DNA from: Callorhinchus milii
Lineage: Eukaryota
Direction of reading: 5' to 3'
Assembly (NCBI RefSeq): GCF_018977255.1
Contig: NW_024704742.1
Location: forward strand, 496,001-560,000
DNA length: 64,000 nucleotides
Shown: positions 50,836 through 64,000 of the stretch, piece by piece
Position numbering within the stretch: the stretch's first letter is position 1
Layout: each line of letters opens with the position of its first letter
Position numbers and translations under genes: made by a program
Notes under the pieces: model-generated
Database searches by the model: none
What the model was told of the DNA's origin: nothing
Seen by the model: the letters and a program-made list of their open reading frames with translations, nothing else

Positions 50836-51664
50836 TTCTTACAATACACAGTCAATCCACTTTACAGGATATCCTGTGAAGTGCTTTGAGACGTCGCAAT
50901 CACGTGATAAGGTGCTGTATCAAATACAAGGATTACTATTATTATTATTATAACACATGGGTCTGATCAGACTAAATCACACTGTGAGAGCTGTTGATAC
51001 TAACTAGAGCAATAAAGCAATATGCCGTCATCATTTAAAACATAAAAGATGTACACAGAAAATATTAAAGTTCAGATGCTTGAGGGTTAACTGTTTTTAA
51101 AATAAGATTGTAAGGTAGTCCTCCCTAATCGAATCTTATCCCTCCATATTACGATATTTCACCTTGAAATTTGATTGAGAAAAAGATTGGGACAAAATGG
51201 CTTGGACTTTCAGAGATACAGCTGAGACACATTGTGCCAAACAACTTCTTTCTGTGCTATAAATTTCCAAGGTTCTATGGTCGAACTTGCACAAATTGGG
51301 TTGTAGGCAAAAGAATTTATTAAAGCTGGCAAGACCTTCCTCTTCGACCCCGCCTTCAGTCACTCTCCTATCCCCATCTCCCCTCCCTGTTCCCCTCCTG
51401 ATCCCAACCTCTCCAGCTTGGGTGCACACCCTTGACTGTCCAGTGCTTTGGGATGTCCTTGTGACGTGAAAGGCGCTGTACAAATGTAAGTTGTTGTTGT
51501 TGTAACTCAGGCTTATATCAGAGGACTTTCTCTCTGCTGCTTTAATAAAACACAATACTTTCATTTTGGAGTGAAATGTACATCGGAACATAGAAATGCA
51601 ACAGGGTCTGGAAAAGACGACTGGATTCCATCTCACTATTTCCAAAGTAAGAGAACTATCTTTT

Positions 51665-52010
51665 TTCCCAATGGTTTAATTGGTAACTGCTGTACAATCG
51701 CATTGTGTAACTGAGTCACACAGGACAGGAAGGCGCCAAGTTTTAACCTAGCTTTGACCCGCGTTAGTTGATCTCAGTCAGTCAGTCTGGCAGGAGATTA
51801 CATTGACCTTAGCACTCCAAAGCTGGACAAGGAAACATTTTCACTCCTGACTCAAATCCAAGTGATCTCTACTGGAAAAGCTATGTGTGATCACACACAG
51901 CTGTGATATCCTTCCACAGTTGAACAGCCTGTTTGGACTCACTATCCAGACTCGCCCATGTAGAGGGGTCACTTGGGATGAGCTGGAGTGCAGGCAGAGC
52001 CACCAGAGCC
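51665..52010 (+). mobile_element. LF-SINE-like element
   Basis: ACTGAGTCACACAG..AGGAAGG, GTTAGTTGATCTCAG, GCTGTGAT..CCACAGTTGAACAGCCTG and CACTTGGG match the LF-SINE consensus as recalled. Confidence 0.65.
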
Positions 52011-53434
52011 CACAGGCCATCCTCAAGATTAGCTCAGCAACTTCAGCAAAAGAGGTTCAAAATAAAACTGTGTTTGTACCTTTCTTATAGCCTTAGTTGC
52101 AAACACTGACAGCGCGAGGAGCATCGTACCAAACGTGAGTCGATTGCAAAATTGGTATTGGTGCTTAAAATAAAGGAGGAGATTGGGAAAATGTTTTTTT
52201 TCTTAAACTACGAGTTTTTAAGTGGATACAACACAGGTATGCAGATGCACATTCATACACCCTTGAGACACATGCCCTTTTCAACATGTAGAAGAAAACA
52301 AGGTAATACATAGTCCTGGGTCTCAAGGTTACGATTCACAGTGACGTGTGGGATATTAGAATGAGCGTCTAAATTAGAGTTGAAATTTAGAAAAGCATTA
52401 AGAAAAATATCACGGATAATCATTGTTCCTCTTTGGTCTTTGACGTTTCAGCGGAAGATACGGTGCACCTGGATTTTATCAGCAAACATTGCTGCCAACA
52501 GACCCAGAATTCTTGGACTTACTTTAAACCACACACAGAGATTTTAAAAAAAACTTTCAACATAACCATAAAAGCAATGAGTCAATCTTAACCTTTCAAA
52601 ACTGGAGTGCGGATCCATTTTGAACCAACCAAAAAGAAAAAAAAAAAATGGCTTAACTGGAAATGCAAGAAAGTTTTTTTTAAAAAAAAAGGAAACCAAA
52701 TGAAAGGGAAAAGTTGCTGCTTACATTTATTAAAAATAGCAACTTCACTTGCCGAGGAAGCACTAGACATTATTAACCACAAAAATTACTGAACATGTAA
52801 TAACCAGGCACTCGATAAACGTTGACTCTCAATGTAGGAAGGGTATTGACCACAAATTGCAACGATTGCTGCTTGCAGATGATATATTGGCCGGCGCCCT
52901 ATACCTCTGATTTGCTCTTTTGAGTGATTCATACTGTTTGTCTATCCACCCTTCGAGATCTGAACCATTACAGCTATACATCAGTCCACCCCTTCTCTGC
53001 AGGTTTGCAGGTTTGCTCCGTCTGATAATTATGGAGGCCTTTTCTGCCCCTGCATCTCGCAAACACAGCAGGAAGCAGACCCTGCAGTCGAGAAGCCCTT
53101 CAGAACATCACCCGAAATTCATTACGTATGTTTGCGTAAACGGCAATTCTGTGAGGGGGCAAACGTGTCACCCACCAGGTGTAAAATAGGGGAAGATTGC
53201 TCAGAATAAAACAAGGTAGCAGCTATTAAAAGCTTTTCTTCCATACGCAGGAATCTATCAAAGGTTTTTATTTTCTGTTTGTGTTAGTATCGAGTTGTCT
53301 GGAGCAAATAAATATCAAAAATAGCAAGTATACGCCCACAGACTATCAATCCACTTTACAGTATATCCTTTGAAGTGCTTTGAGACGTCTCGACGATGTC
53401 ATAAGGCTCTATACCAAATGCGAGAATTATTATT

Positions 53435-53810
53435 GTGGAGTCTTGTAGTGTATTGGTTAGTGCACTCGCCCCACAACCGAGAGGACCTGGATTCGATTCT
53501 CTTGGTCAAGTTTCCTTACTCCACACGCCTCTGTGTACTTAGCAATAAGTAAGAACCCAGTTATTAGTCGATTGGTGGATCGCTTTTCTAGGGGTAATAA
53601 TCCCTTAGATTTAAAAAAATAATAATAATTTGGTCACTCAATCCATGACTGTTTGTGGGACACTGCTCTGCGCAATTGGCTGCCGCGTTTCGCCCACAAA
53701 CTATACAGTCAATTCACTTTACAGCATATTCTGTGAAGCGCTTGGAGTTATTTGTGTTATTTAAGCGTTTTGTGATGTCTCAAATGCAAGGGTTACTGTT
53801 ATGATTATAA
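53435..53810 (+). mobile_element. tRNA-headed SINE (main family)
   Basis: Head, body and tail; inserted directly after another SINE tail. Confidence 0.8.
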
Positions 53811-56316
53811 TTATGTTTATCTTTTTCAAAATGTAATTCTTCAACTGAATTTAAAAGACGTGGTTTCAATGCAGCGTATGATATAAAAAACAGAGGTCAT
53901 GCACACTTAACTGTTATAAATAAGATTTTTATTTCAATGTGGATGAAATGATTATTTTAGTTTTAAATATTCTTGGTACAATTAACCCCAAAACAAAGGC
54001 ACTATTAACAGTTTCTGTGCATATAGTATGTATGTTTTGTGGCACAGATGGCTTTTCATACAAATTACAATGCAAACTTAAATATATATTGTGCTTTTCC
54101 CATAGTAGGGAGGACGTCTCAACAGTCCTGGCTTCCCCTGAACTGAGGGGAAGGGAAAGATGATCAAATGTGTGGTGGAAGATGAAGGTCTTGAGATGGA
54201 CCTTGAAAGAAGTGAAGGAAGGGGTGAGTTAGAGGGAGTTGCAGAGAGTGGCTGAAAGGCCGACTACTGATAGCGCGGCGTGTAGGGCGGGGGACATGAA
54301 GCAGGCCGGTGCCCTCTGATTGAAGGCAGCATGTCTTTGATCAATTTTGCGGCAAATTGCGGAGGGCTGATTGGTGCTATTGAGAGACGCATTTCGTGAA
54401 ACAAACCAGCTTAAAACTATAGGCCTGTATTTCCTGAACATGTAGTAGTTATGTGTAAAATACCAAAAAAGGTTCATGTGAACAGTACAACACTGACCGA
54501 GAATTTGTCGCAGGAGCTCAGTTTAAGCCAGACGTCGAGCAAACAGATGGTAGTGTGTGACGCCGCTGTTATTTCTATCGTGGGTCACGCACTAGCTGGC
54601 AAAGATGATTTCCCCCTCGCACCGCTATCACTATCCCAACACTCCCCGCCCCGCGCACACACAACCAGAGCCACTCCACCCACAGTAGCGAGGTTGAGGG
54701 ACCAGGCATTCGCTTATGTTGCCGAATCTATTAATCCCAACATTTGTTTGAGATGATTGTGAGCCTCAACAAACTTCCCAGGTACGGAAAAAAGACTTTC
54801 CAAAGCAGAAGTAAGGACTTCATCAACTACCTGTTCAGTCGCATAAAAAGAAATCACATCGACCAGTGACCTACACTCTCCGTAATCGATTGGGATGAAA
54901 ATCATTTTGGAACAAGGCAAAGAATATTTTATGTGATTTAAGTTTCTGATTTTTTATTGTTTATTAAAAGCAGAACAGCATATGGATTTTATTAAGAATT
55001 ATACAAGAGCAAATCTTTATTAGTTACAGGAAGAGAAATGAGACCCTCTACTCACAATAGAATGGGTTAACAACAGTCCACAAGTCCATTTAGGTGAAAT
55101 GCAAATGAAAGGAATTGATGGAATGACACAAGTCCTTTCTCCGTGAGTGGTGTTCTCAAAAACTTTCCCCCTGATTCCAAATCACAATTAATCCAATGGG
55201 AACAGAGTAGGTAAGAATAAGAATTTCTCTAATTGGATCTTGTATCTGTAAAATCAGCTCTTCCTTACGATTGCTCCAAAAAGCTTCAAGCATTTGGTTT
55301 GACACTGCAACTAGAAGTGCTGCCTATTCAGATGCAGCATTGACTAACTCTCCAGTCAGTCTCTCGCTTATCATGCTTAATAAATCCCCCGATCGACATT
55401 TCTGAATCCCACTGACTTTTTTAAAGGAATATCCAGAATCAGGTTTGGCTACACGCCCTGACAATGGCATCCTAAGCCTAACCCTAACCCACCAAAAAGA
55501 TTGAGACTTCAACTGAGCTCAGGTCAGGTTTCACGTACCAGATCCTCTCCCAGCAGATGATCATTGCTTTGTCTCGTGAGCTGGATTTAGAGAAATGTAG
55601 ACGGTAGCGTTCAGCAAAAACAATAGTCATTCACTTCATGAATGTCTGTGGAACATTGCTGTGCACAAATTGACCACTGCATATGCTTCCGCAGCCACAA
55701 TCAATACCCTCTACAATAAAATCCTGTGAAGAGCTTTGAGATGTCTCGGTGACGTGATAAGGTGCCAAACCCAAGGATTATTACGATACACAAAAATGGG
55801 CTGTCAAAACGGTAAACCATATAACTCAACAGACACAAACACCTTTCCCAAATCTGAGATGTCCCTGCTATTGGTTTACCATAGGCATGAGCCTGAGATC
55901 TATTCCAAACGTCAAGTCTCACAGGTAGGCTCTGACCCCACTGTACCCTCTAGAGAAGGATGGGCTCATGTGTACCTCATCACATCTCCAATGGAGAAGA
56001 TGGAGTTGAACATCTTGCATTTTTTTTAAAGACATCTTAGTATAGAAAATCAGCCAATAAATGGTTCATTAGACTGGAGCAATTCAATGAGATAACCTGA
56101 AACTACTTACAAGAAGACTAAGCTCACAGTACTATCTTTCTGAAGGGTTGCTGGTGACTTTACTCATTCTGGTTCCCGTTTATGGATTGCAGTAAGGATT
56201 ATTATTAATATTACTGATATTACGTGCACCTAATAAGAACCATGAGGACACTGGTAATTGTGCAACACTCCAATTCCAGTGCAGGTTATAGAGTCAATAC
56301 CTGCCAGATATGTGTC

Positions 56317-56639
56317 GTGGAGTCCTGTAGCTCAGTGGTTAGAGCACTCGCTTTGGAAGTGAGAGACCTCAGTTCAATTCCAGGCAGAGGGCGAAACCTT
56401 GGGCAAGTTTCCTTACTCCACACAGAGCCTAATAATAATCCTCCAAAAAAAAACAATAATAAATTGGTCATTTTCAATCTACGACTGTTTGTGGGACATT
56501 GCTGTGCGCAATTGGCTGCCGCGTTCGCCCACAAATATACAGTCAGTTCACTTTACAGTGTGTTCTGTGAAGCGCTTTGGGACGTCCTCCCGACATGAAA
56601 AGCGCTATATCAAATGCAAGGATTATTATTATTATTATT
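56317..56639 (+). mobile_element. Young SINE subfamily copy
   Basis: Near-identical to the 37960 and 60455 copies. Confidence 0.9.
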
Positions 56640-58205
56640 AATCTGCTCTCTGACATCAAACTGAAAAAGAATCTGAATGTAATGGTAACAAAAACATTTA
56701 TTTAACAAGCTTTCACCAAAAATGGTAAACGCACAATATTTAAACACACAAATAATCTCTTTTTACAAAACAAGCATTAAGAGCGTTTGTTTTGTAAAGG
56801 AGGTTACCAGTTATCTTGACTATGCACTGTTTCTATAAGTAGAAAGCAGTGTGACATTAAGACTTTAAAACAAGCAAAAATACCCTTTCCACCGAAATTG
56901 CTATTTATTGCTCAATGGAAATGGGCGGTGATATTAACGTGCATAAGGTTTAATTATAAGCAATTGCAGCACAGTAACACCTTACTTTGCAGCTATTGAG
57001 TGACATAAGTTGGCAAAACTTTAAGTTGCTTGACCAGGCTGATCCAATTCCAGTGTGAATGATTCCATACAACTCAAAGATAAATCCCAGCAACAATGCT
57101 CAGTGAAAGAACCAATCATCATCATCATCATCATCATCATCATAATAATAAACCTTGCATTTGATATAGAGCCATATCACTTTGTTGAGATGTCTCAAAG
57201 CGCTTCACAGAATATACTGTAAAGTGAATTGACTGTATTTTGTGGGTGAAATGCGCACAGCAGTGTCTCACAAACAACAACAACAACAAGATTGCATTTA
57301 TAGAGCGCCTTTCACATCGGAAGGACGTCCCAAGGCACTGAACAGTTGGGTCGGGACCCGAGCAGGGGGGAAATGGTCAGGGTGAGGGGAGGGAAGGGAG
57401 GGAGGGAGCGAGGAGGGGGTAGAGAGTCGAGAGGGGAGCTGAAGGCACGGTTGAAGAGAAACAGTCGTGGATTGAGTGATCAAAAATCACAAAATCAATG
57501 AGTTGTCTTCAATTTATCTCAGACCATATTTGTGGTGATGTTTTGTCTTCGGGTGTACATGTCTTGGTTTAAAATATCTATTTTGTTTTCTTTGTTCTTT
57601 ATTTTCACAGTTATTCCCTTTTCATCAAACTAAATAAATTTTGGGGAGTCAGTCAGTCAGGTGTCTTGACATGTGTGGAAACCCATCTCCATGAGTCAAA
57701 ATTGAATTGAATGTCAGTAAAACTGGCAAGATCTATACTTGATATGATTGTCTCCAATGCATCGAGTGAACACCTCAACTGATTACTCCATGCTTCCCAT
57801 CTCCAAATGGAAATTCCGGAAATAGATTGTTGGACTGGAATGCACTCTCTCTCCCTGGAGGGACACATCCTGGTGACCTAATTCTGGAGTACTATGTGCA
57901 GGTTGTAAGAGCCAAGGTTTGGGGGGACCCCAGAGTGTGCGTTGGGGTAACTGCTGGAGTCTAACCAGCTAAAACCACACAGCTTGCCATTGATATCGCT
58001 GTCTGGCAATTATCCCGCTGCTTGTCCAGCCAGGACCACCCTAGCTGTTAAGGCTTTGCCTGCAGGGTTAACAGGAGCTGAGTGAGATGATTCTCTGCTT
58101 TTCTATTGCCAGGCATATCACCTTGGAGCCAGTTCACCTCCCATCCAAGGAGAATAGTCATTTAGCAAGAAAGAGAGGGAAATGAAGACAAAGGCAACAA
58201 GACTT

Positions 58206-58530
58206 GTGGAGTCCTGTAGCTCAGTGGTTAGAGCACTCGCCTTGCAAGCGAGACACAGGGTTCGATTCCAGGCAGGGGGCGAAACTTTGGGCAAGTTTCC
58301 TTACTCCACACACCTGATAATAATCCCTCCAAAACAAAACAATAATAAATTGGTCATTTTCAATCCACGACTGTTTGTGGGACATTGCTGTGCGCAATTG
58401 GCTGCCGCGTTCGCCCACAAATATACAGTCAATTCACTTTACAGTGTGTTCTGTGAAGTGCTTTGAGACATCGAGAAGACGTGAAAAGCGCAATATCAAA
58501 TGCAAGGATTATTATTATTATTTTATTATT
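58206..58530 (+). mobile_element. Young SINE copy
   Basis: Intact A/B boxes; anticodon-like arm CTCGC-CTTGCAA-GCGAG. Confidence 0.9.
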
Positions 58531-59627
58531 AAGACTTGTCAGTGCTGTTGTCGTACGGAACAGGCTGAATGGTCTCCTCTGGTTCCTGTTTTCCTATGTT
58601 ACTATTGCAACTGTGCCACCCACAGTAGTTTTGCGGGTGGGAGTGCAACATGGGGCTGAATGCACACGAAACTGATACGGTTCCATCAGAAGAAAAGACC
58701 ACTCAAACACTTCCAGTGAAATGGCAACCAAGAGTGAACATTGGGGGGGGAAACATACGGTAAGTGATGTAACACATCACATCCTGCAGTTTGCACCCCC
58801 ATACAATACAAACCTATTTAAAGCTCTTCAAAACATTCCCTTCAGTCATGACATGAATGGTACTATAGAAATGCACATTCACTTGTATTTGTACAAGTTG
58901 CAATTTTAGCAGGTGGGTAGGTGTGTAAGGGGGAGGGAGCTCTTGTGATTCAAAAGGACTCATTATTCAAAATATACAATAGAAGTTAAGGAGTTTTGTT
59001 TTCTATCACTGATAACAGCGGATTCTTCCAGAATGGCAAAGGGGCTTTCAGTACCATTTTGATAAATGTTGCATGTGTTGCGTTATGCTTTGTGTTGTGT
59101 TATGTCCTTGTCCACTTGGAACGAAGGGAAGAATACAGGTTTGTTTTATTGACAATGTACACTGTTGCCCTACTTTATAATACTCTCGCATACCCCACCC
59201 CTGACCTTACCCCTCTATCTTCTGGTAGCGATGACCATTTGTGCTCTTCAAAGTGCTGGCTGGATAGATGTTAATGGTGGAAAGCACTTTCTATTTCAGA
59301 TACCTGGGGTAAGCATCAAGGTGAGACGATGGAAAAATAAGGCAAAAAGATTGAGAAATCAGAAAAAAAGTGCAAGTTTATAAAGCAGTGGTGGTTGTTT
59401 TTGCAGTATTTCTTTTTAAAAATCTTAATTAAGAAATCAGGAAACTCGCGTAAGTGCTGCTAAGATCCAATCTGTTTTTGTAGCTTGGTCACCAACATCC
59501 AACAGTAATCCCAAATATCTATCCCTATGAGAAATCCATTTCTTAATTAAGAAACCCATTAAGAAATATGGCAAAATATACCTCATCGACCACCAAATAA
59601 AATGTAAGAATAGAGATTTTAGTTATT

Positions 59628-60912
59628 AATAATAATAATCCTTGTATTTGATCTAACACATTATCAAGTTATTTTGCGAAGTCTTAAAGCACTTCACAGG
59701 ATATACTGTAAAGTGATTGACTGTATTTTTTTTGTGTGTAGGCGAAATGCTGCAGCAGAGCAATAATAATAATAATAATAACCGTTGCATTTGATATAGC
59801 GCTTTATCACATCTTGGAGACGTCTCAAAGTATATACTGTGAAGTGAATTGACTGTATATTTTGTGAGCGAAACGTGGCAGCCAATTGTTCCCAGCAGCG
59901 TCCCACAAATAATAGTAATAGTAATAATCCTTGCATTTGATATAGTGCTTTTCACGTCTTCGAGACGTCTCAAAGCACTTCACAGAATATACTGTAAAGT
60001 GAATTGACTGCATAATTGTGGGCGAAACGTGGCAGCCAATTGCGCAGAGCAGTTTCCCCACAAACAGTCATGGATTGAAATGACCAATTTATTTATTTTT
60101 CTTGAGGGATTTTATCAGGCGAGTATTATCAGTGGAGTAAGGAAACTTGCCCAAGGTTTCACCCTACCGGAAATCAAACCCAGGTCTCTCTCTGGCAGAG
60201 CGAGTGCTCGAACCACTGAGCTACAGGACTCCAAACAGTCATGGATTAAGTGACCAAATTATTCTTAGATTTTTATTGAAGGGATTATTACCAATTTTAT
60301 TTGGGGGATTGTTGGCCAGGATACCGGAAGAAACTGTTCTCTTTTCGAATGCTGCCACGGGATCTTTAACATCCACCTGAGCAGGGAGATGGTTTAACAT
60401 CTCATCCGAAAGACGCACCTCCAACAGAGCAACAACCCCCAGCACTGCATTGGAATAATAATAATAATAATAATAATCCTTGCATTTGATATAGCGCTTT
60501 TCACGTCGGGAGGACGTCCCAAAGCGCTTCACAGAACACACTGTAAAGTGAATTGACTGTATATTTGTGGGCGAACGCGGCAGCCAATTGCGCACAGCAA
60601 TGTCCCACAAACAGTCGTAGATTGAAAATGACCAATTTATTATTGTTTTTGGTTTTGGAGGATTTAGGCTCTGTGTGGAATAAGGAAACTTGCCCGAGGT
60701 TTCGCCCTCTGCCTGGAATTGAACTCAGGTCTCTCACTTGCAAAGCGAGTGCTCTAACCACTGAGCTACAGGACTCCACCAGGAGTCATCGTCATGTCAT
60801 GTACAGGAATGTCATCGTCTGAGACTATGTGATTTCAAGTGCCAACGTGGGGTTTGAATCCACAACTTTCTGACTCAGAGGGGAGAGCACGGCCCCTGAG
60901 CCAGGCTGACAT
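59628..60912 (-). mobile_element. Nested SINE cluster (Deu-SINE with two younger SINEs and stacked tails)
   Basis: Deu core 60240-60452 with its head at about 60800-60912; young SINEs at 60455-60779 and about 59908-60232; extra tails at 59628 and 59762. Confidence 0.8.
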
Positions 60913-61304
60913 ACCTAATCAATAAATCCCTTCTTTGTAACACTGTAACACTGAGCTTCACTACTCCGTTTTCTGTAACCCTCTGTTTTCTGGTGCTGGT
61001 GGTGTGGGGGTGGTGGAGGGTGGGCGATGAACATATGTGCTGCTGTGGTGGAGACCACTGTACGGTGTGAAATGAATGGAAGGTTTCTGCGTCTCACTTA
61101 AACCTACAAATAATTTTCTGTGGTGCTTGTGGTGGTGATGGGTGGGGGGAGCTCTGGCTGTTTCTGGCAAATTGTTTAACGTACTCCATGATTTCCTTTG
61201 TTTCAACAATACATTATCCTGAACACCACATGATTCCCATTACTTAGCAAATCCCAGAATTTATCAATTATAATTTATTAATGTTTTGAAACAATGAGAT
61301 GATG

Positions 61305-61399
<95 letters not shown>
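61305..61399. repeat. Perfect (AAT)n microsatellite, about 31 units, an expanded SINE tail
   Basis: Directly abuts the CCTTGCATTT tail of the minus-strand SINE at 61400-61628. Confidence 0.95.
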
Positions 61400-62013
61400 C
61401 CTTGCATTTTACTTATTATTTTACTTCTTTATTTATTTGAAGGGATTATTACTTCCCGGAAAAGCGATCCGCCAATTGACTAACAACCATCTTCCTACTT
61501 ACTGCTGGGTAAACAGAGGCGTGTGGGGTAAGGGAACTTGCCTAACATTTCACCCTGCCCAGGTATTGAACCCAAGTCCTTTCACTTGTGAGGCGAGTGC
61601 TCTAACCAAACACACTACAGCACTCCAGGAAAGTGATTTGTGGTAAGGAATTAGAGTTGTGCAAATGGGGACACCACATCGATGCATAGGATCGCCACTC
61701 TAATGGATCGATAGAAATTCTAGTAGACTTCTATTGATGAGTCCTGCAAACCAGTCCCTATTAATGTAAACTTTGAATGACTACATAATTGGGAATGATA
61801 ATTGAAGGGAAAAATCTATGAGAGAAATATCGGATATGTGGAAATTCTCTGATGGCCATTTATGATTGTTCTGAAGGGTACCAGACTGCGCTTTTAATCA
61901 AAATTTACATCAAATGTTTCAATTAAATTCATGGAACTGGGGAAAAAAATGAGTCCTTGTTTGAAAGCAACTTCCCTGCTCATTCGTGTAGTAAAGTGGC
62001 TTAAAATGTGGAA

Positions 62014-62570
62014 CGGAGTCCCCTAAGGTTAGTGGTTAGCACACTCGCCTCGCAAGCGAGAGGACCGAGGGTCGATTCCCAGGAGGGACGAACCTGAGTA
62101 GGAAAATTTCCTTACTCCACACGCCTCTGTTTACCCAGCAGGAAGTAGGAACCTGGTTGTTAGTTGATTGTTGGATCGCTTTCTGGGGGTAATAATCCCT
62201 CAAAAAAAAATTGGGTCATTCAACCCACGATTGCTGTGAGCAATTGGCTGCCGCGTTTCATCACAAAATACAACAACAACTTGCATTTATTTAGTGCCCT
62301 TCACACCGGACGGCATCTTGGGAGTGCTTAAACAGTGCCCAGATGTTCCATGGAAGTGCATGTTGTTCTATTTTAATAAGAAGAAATGATAATTTGGTCA
62401 CTCAATCCGCGACTGTTTGTGGGACGCTGCTGTGCACAATTGGCTGCTGTGTTTCACCCGCAAAATACACAGTTAATTCCCTTTACATGATATTCCGTGA
62501 AGCGCTTTGACAGGTCTCAAAGACGTGATAAGGCGCTATATCAAATGCAAGAATTATTCTGATTATTAAT
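62014..62570 (+). mobile_element. tRNA-headed SINE(s), composite
   Basis: Head and body, an inverted L2 tail at about 62270-62330, then a second body and tail. Confidence 0.75.
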
Positions 62571-64000
62571 AAACCTTACACAGTCAATCCTCTTTACAAT
62601 ATATTCTGTGAAGTGCTTTGGGATGTCTGAAAGACATGATAAGATGATAAGGTGCTATACCAAATGCAAGGTTTGTTATTAAAATAGAGCAACGTGCATT
62701 TCAATGGAACATCTAGACACAGTTTCAGGAAACAATCCAAAAAGGTACCAGCTTCTGATCAGCTATATCTTATCTGTTTTAAATATATCTTTCAAAGGTA
62801 CACAGTGTGAGCATTTGACAGGATCCTGTACTCGACATCTGTTGAAATATGCAGTTTTAATTTAATTCTCTCTTCTGAAAACAAAAGCATTCAATGTTCC
62901 ATAAGTTGGATCAGTTCTCTCGCTACAGAACGAAAACAATAAACAGGTTACAAAACCGCATGAGTTTATTCTTTATGTACCTTGGAAACTGAGAGCGTGC
63001 AACTAATATTTATACAGAGCACTGGAAAGTGTTTATGATCAACTAACTACAGAAGTGAGAGATGAGAAGCTCCACTAGTCAAAGTTACAGTTTTAGGAGT
63101 GCGGAAGCGAAAATAAACACGTCACTTGTGGGCAAACTCTATATTGTTATTAAAGACACTTTTCCTTTGGCTACAGATTTTTGGCCCATTTCCTTTACCC
63201 TGCAAGAGGTTGAAATCTGTAGAAAATGAGTGTGTGTTTGGTGTTTGCTTGTATATTATTGGAATGTGTTGACCGCAGATTCATTTGATGGTAAATTGTG
63301 AGTTGGGGCCCCATGTTCCAGCAATGTTGTGCTTCCAGAAAGGAATGTACACCTGAGATACGTAAAATAAATTATCTGTAATTGTGTGCTTGTTAATTCA
63401 AGATATTTTGTAAAATTGTGAGGCGTTAAATATGGACTTAGAATCTAAAGACAGGAGATTCTGAAAGCATTAAATCTACAGGAAAATCTACTCTAAGATT
63501 TGTCTTTCCACCTACTAGACACCTGGTTGTTAGTTGATTGGCGGATCACTTTTCCGGGAGATAATAATTCCTTCAAAAATATATAATAATTTGGTCACTC
63601 AATCCACCACTGTTTGTGTTCAATCGGCTGCTGAGTTTCACCAACAAAATATAGTCAATTCACTTTAACGGAGGGATCCCACAAGAGAGATTCAGGTGAA
63701 GATGGTTCTTTGGCTCATTTGAACTCATCCTTCAAGAATACTCGTCTATCACAGGATCAGGCTGTTCCTTAAATGAGTTCAGTGTCCTGGCCTCAACCAC
63801 CTTTTCTCATTATCTGTTTCAGTCATTAATTACCTGTTGAGAGAAAAAATGCAATTGCACTTTACAGTCCTGTATTTGTGCTCTCTGGTCCTGTGGCTTT
63901 AGCGTTTCTGAAACTATTGTTCTGAGTTTGCTTTCTCTATTTTAGTAGCCTTCGTACATGCCTCTATAACAGTTACCTTTACCAAATTTTCTAAAGTCTT

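Noticed and set aside
54714..54920. Helical-looking 68-aa minus-strand ORF as a possible IL-21 exon
   Set aside because: No family motifs and no coherent set of flanking exons.
58206..58280. tRNA-Ala-like sequence (also at the other SINE heads)
   Set aside because: It runs directly into the SINE body and tail and lacks a proper acceptor stem, so it is a SINE head, not a tRNA gene.
61299..61646. Poly-Ile ORF
   Set aside because: Translation of the (AAT)n microsatellite.

Overview
Repeat-rich vertebrate genomic DNA. The repeat content (LF-SINE-like and Deu-domain SINEs, L2 and CR1 LINE remnants, an abundant tRNA/L2-tailed SINE) points to a cartilaginous fish, probably a chimaera such as elephant shark; this is inference. 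The only supportable host gene is split into small exons, so the ORF track largely misses it. It is a minus-strand short-chain four-helix cytokine of the IL-2/IL-15/IL-21 family, most like IL-2. Coding exons are 17886-17755, 17640-17602, 14069-13959, 13514-13413 and a putative micro-exon 12743-12735, all joined by phase-0 GT-AG introns, giving 130 aa: MNRIIFYSFILAAFIAVLHAAPRRDHVVLKEMMKDVRNLKKMFG/QSGVTVRTTESKL/DNLSCYMAELKGLKKSRMQINTVEKLNRKAKQLNLLN/IDCPNSENYMKNSLEQFLNQFYVHLQKKFHAAVK/GL*. It has a TATA/NFAT/AP-1/kB-type promoter, an AU-rich 3' region and about 46 kb of apparently non-coding upstream DNA with candidate enhancer motifs. The window also holds a deleted SPIN/Charlie-type hAT transposon with both ends, several MITE/foldback elements and nested SINE insertions. 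Repeat boundaries are approximate. Almost all listed six-frame ORFs are repeat-derived artefacts.
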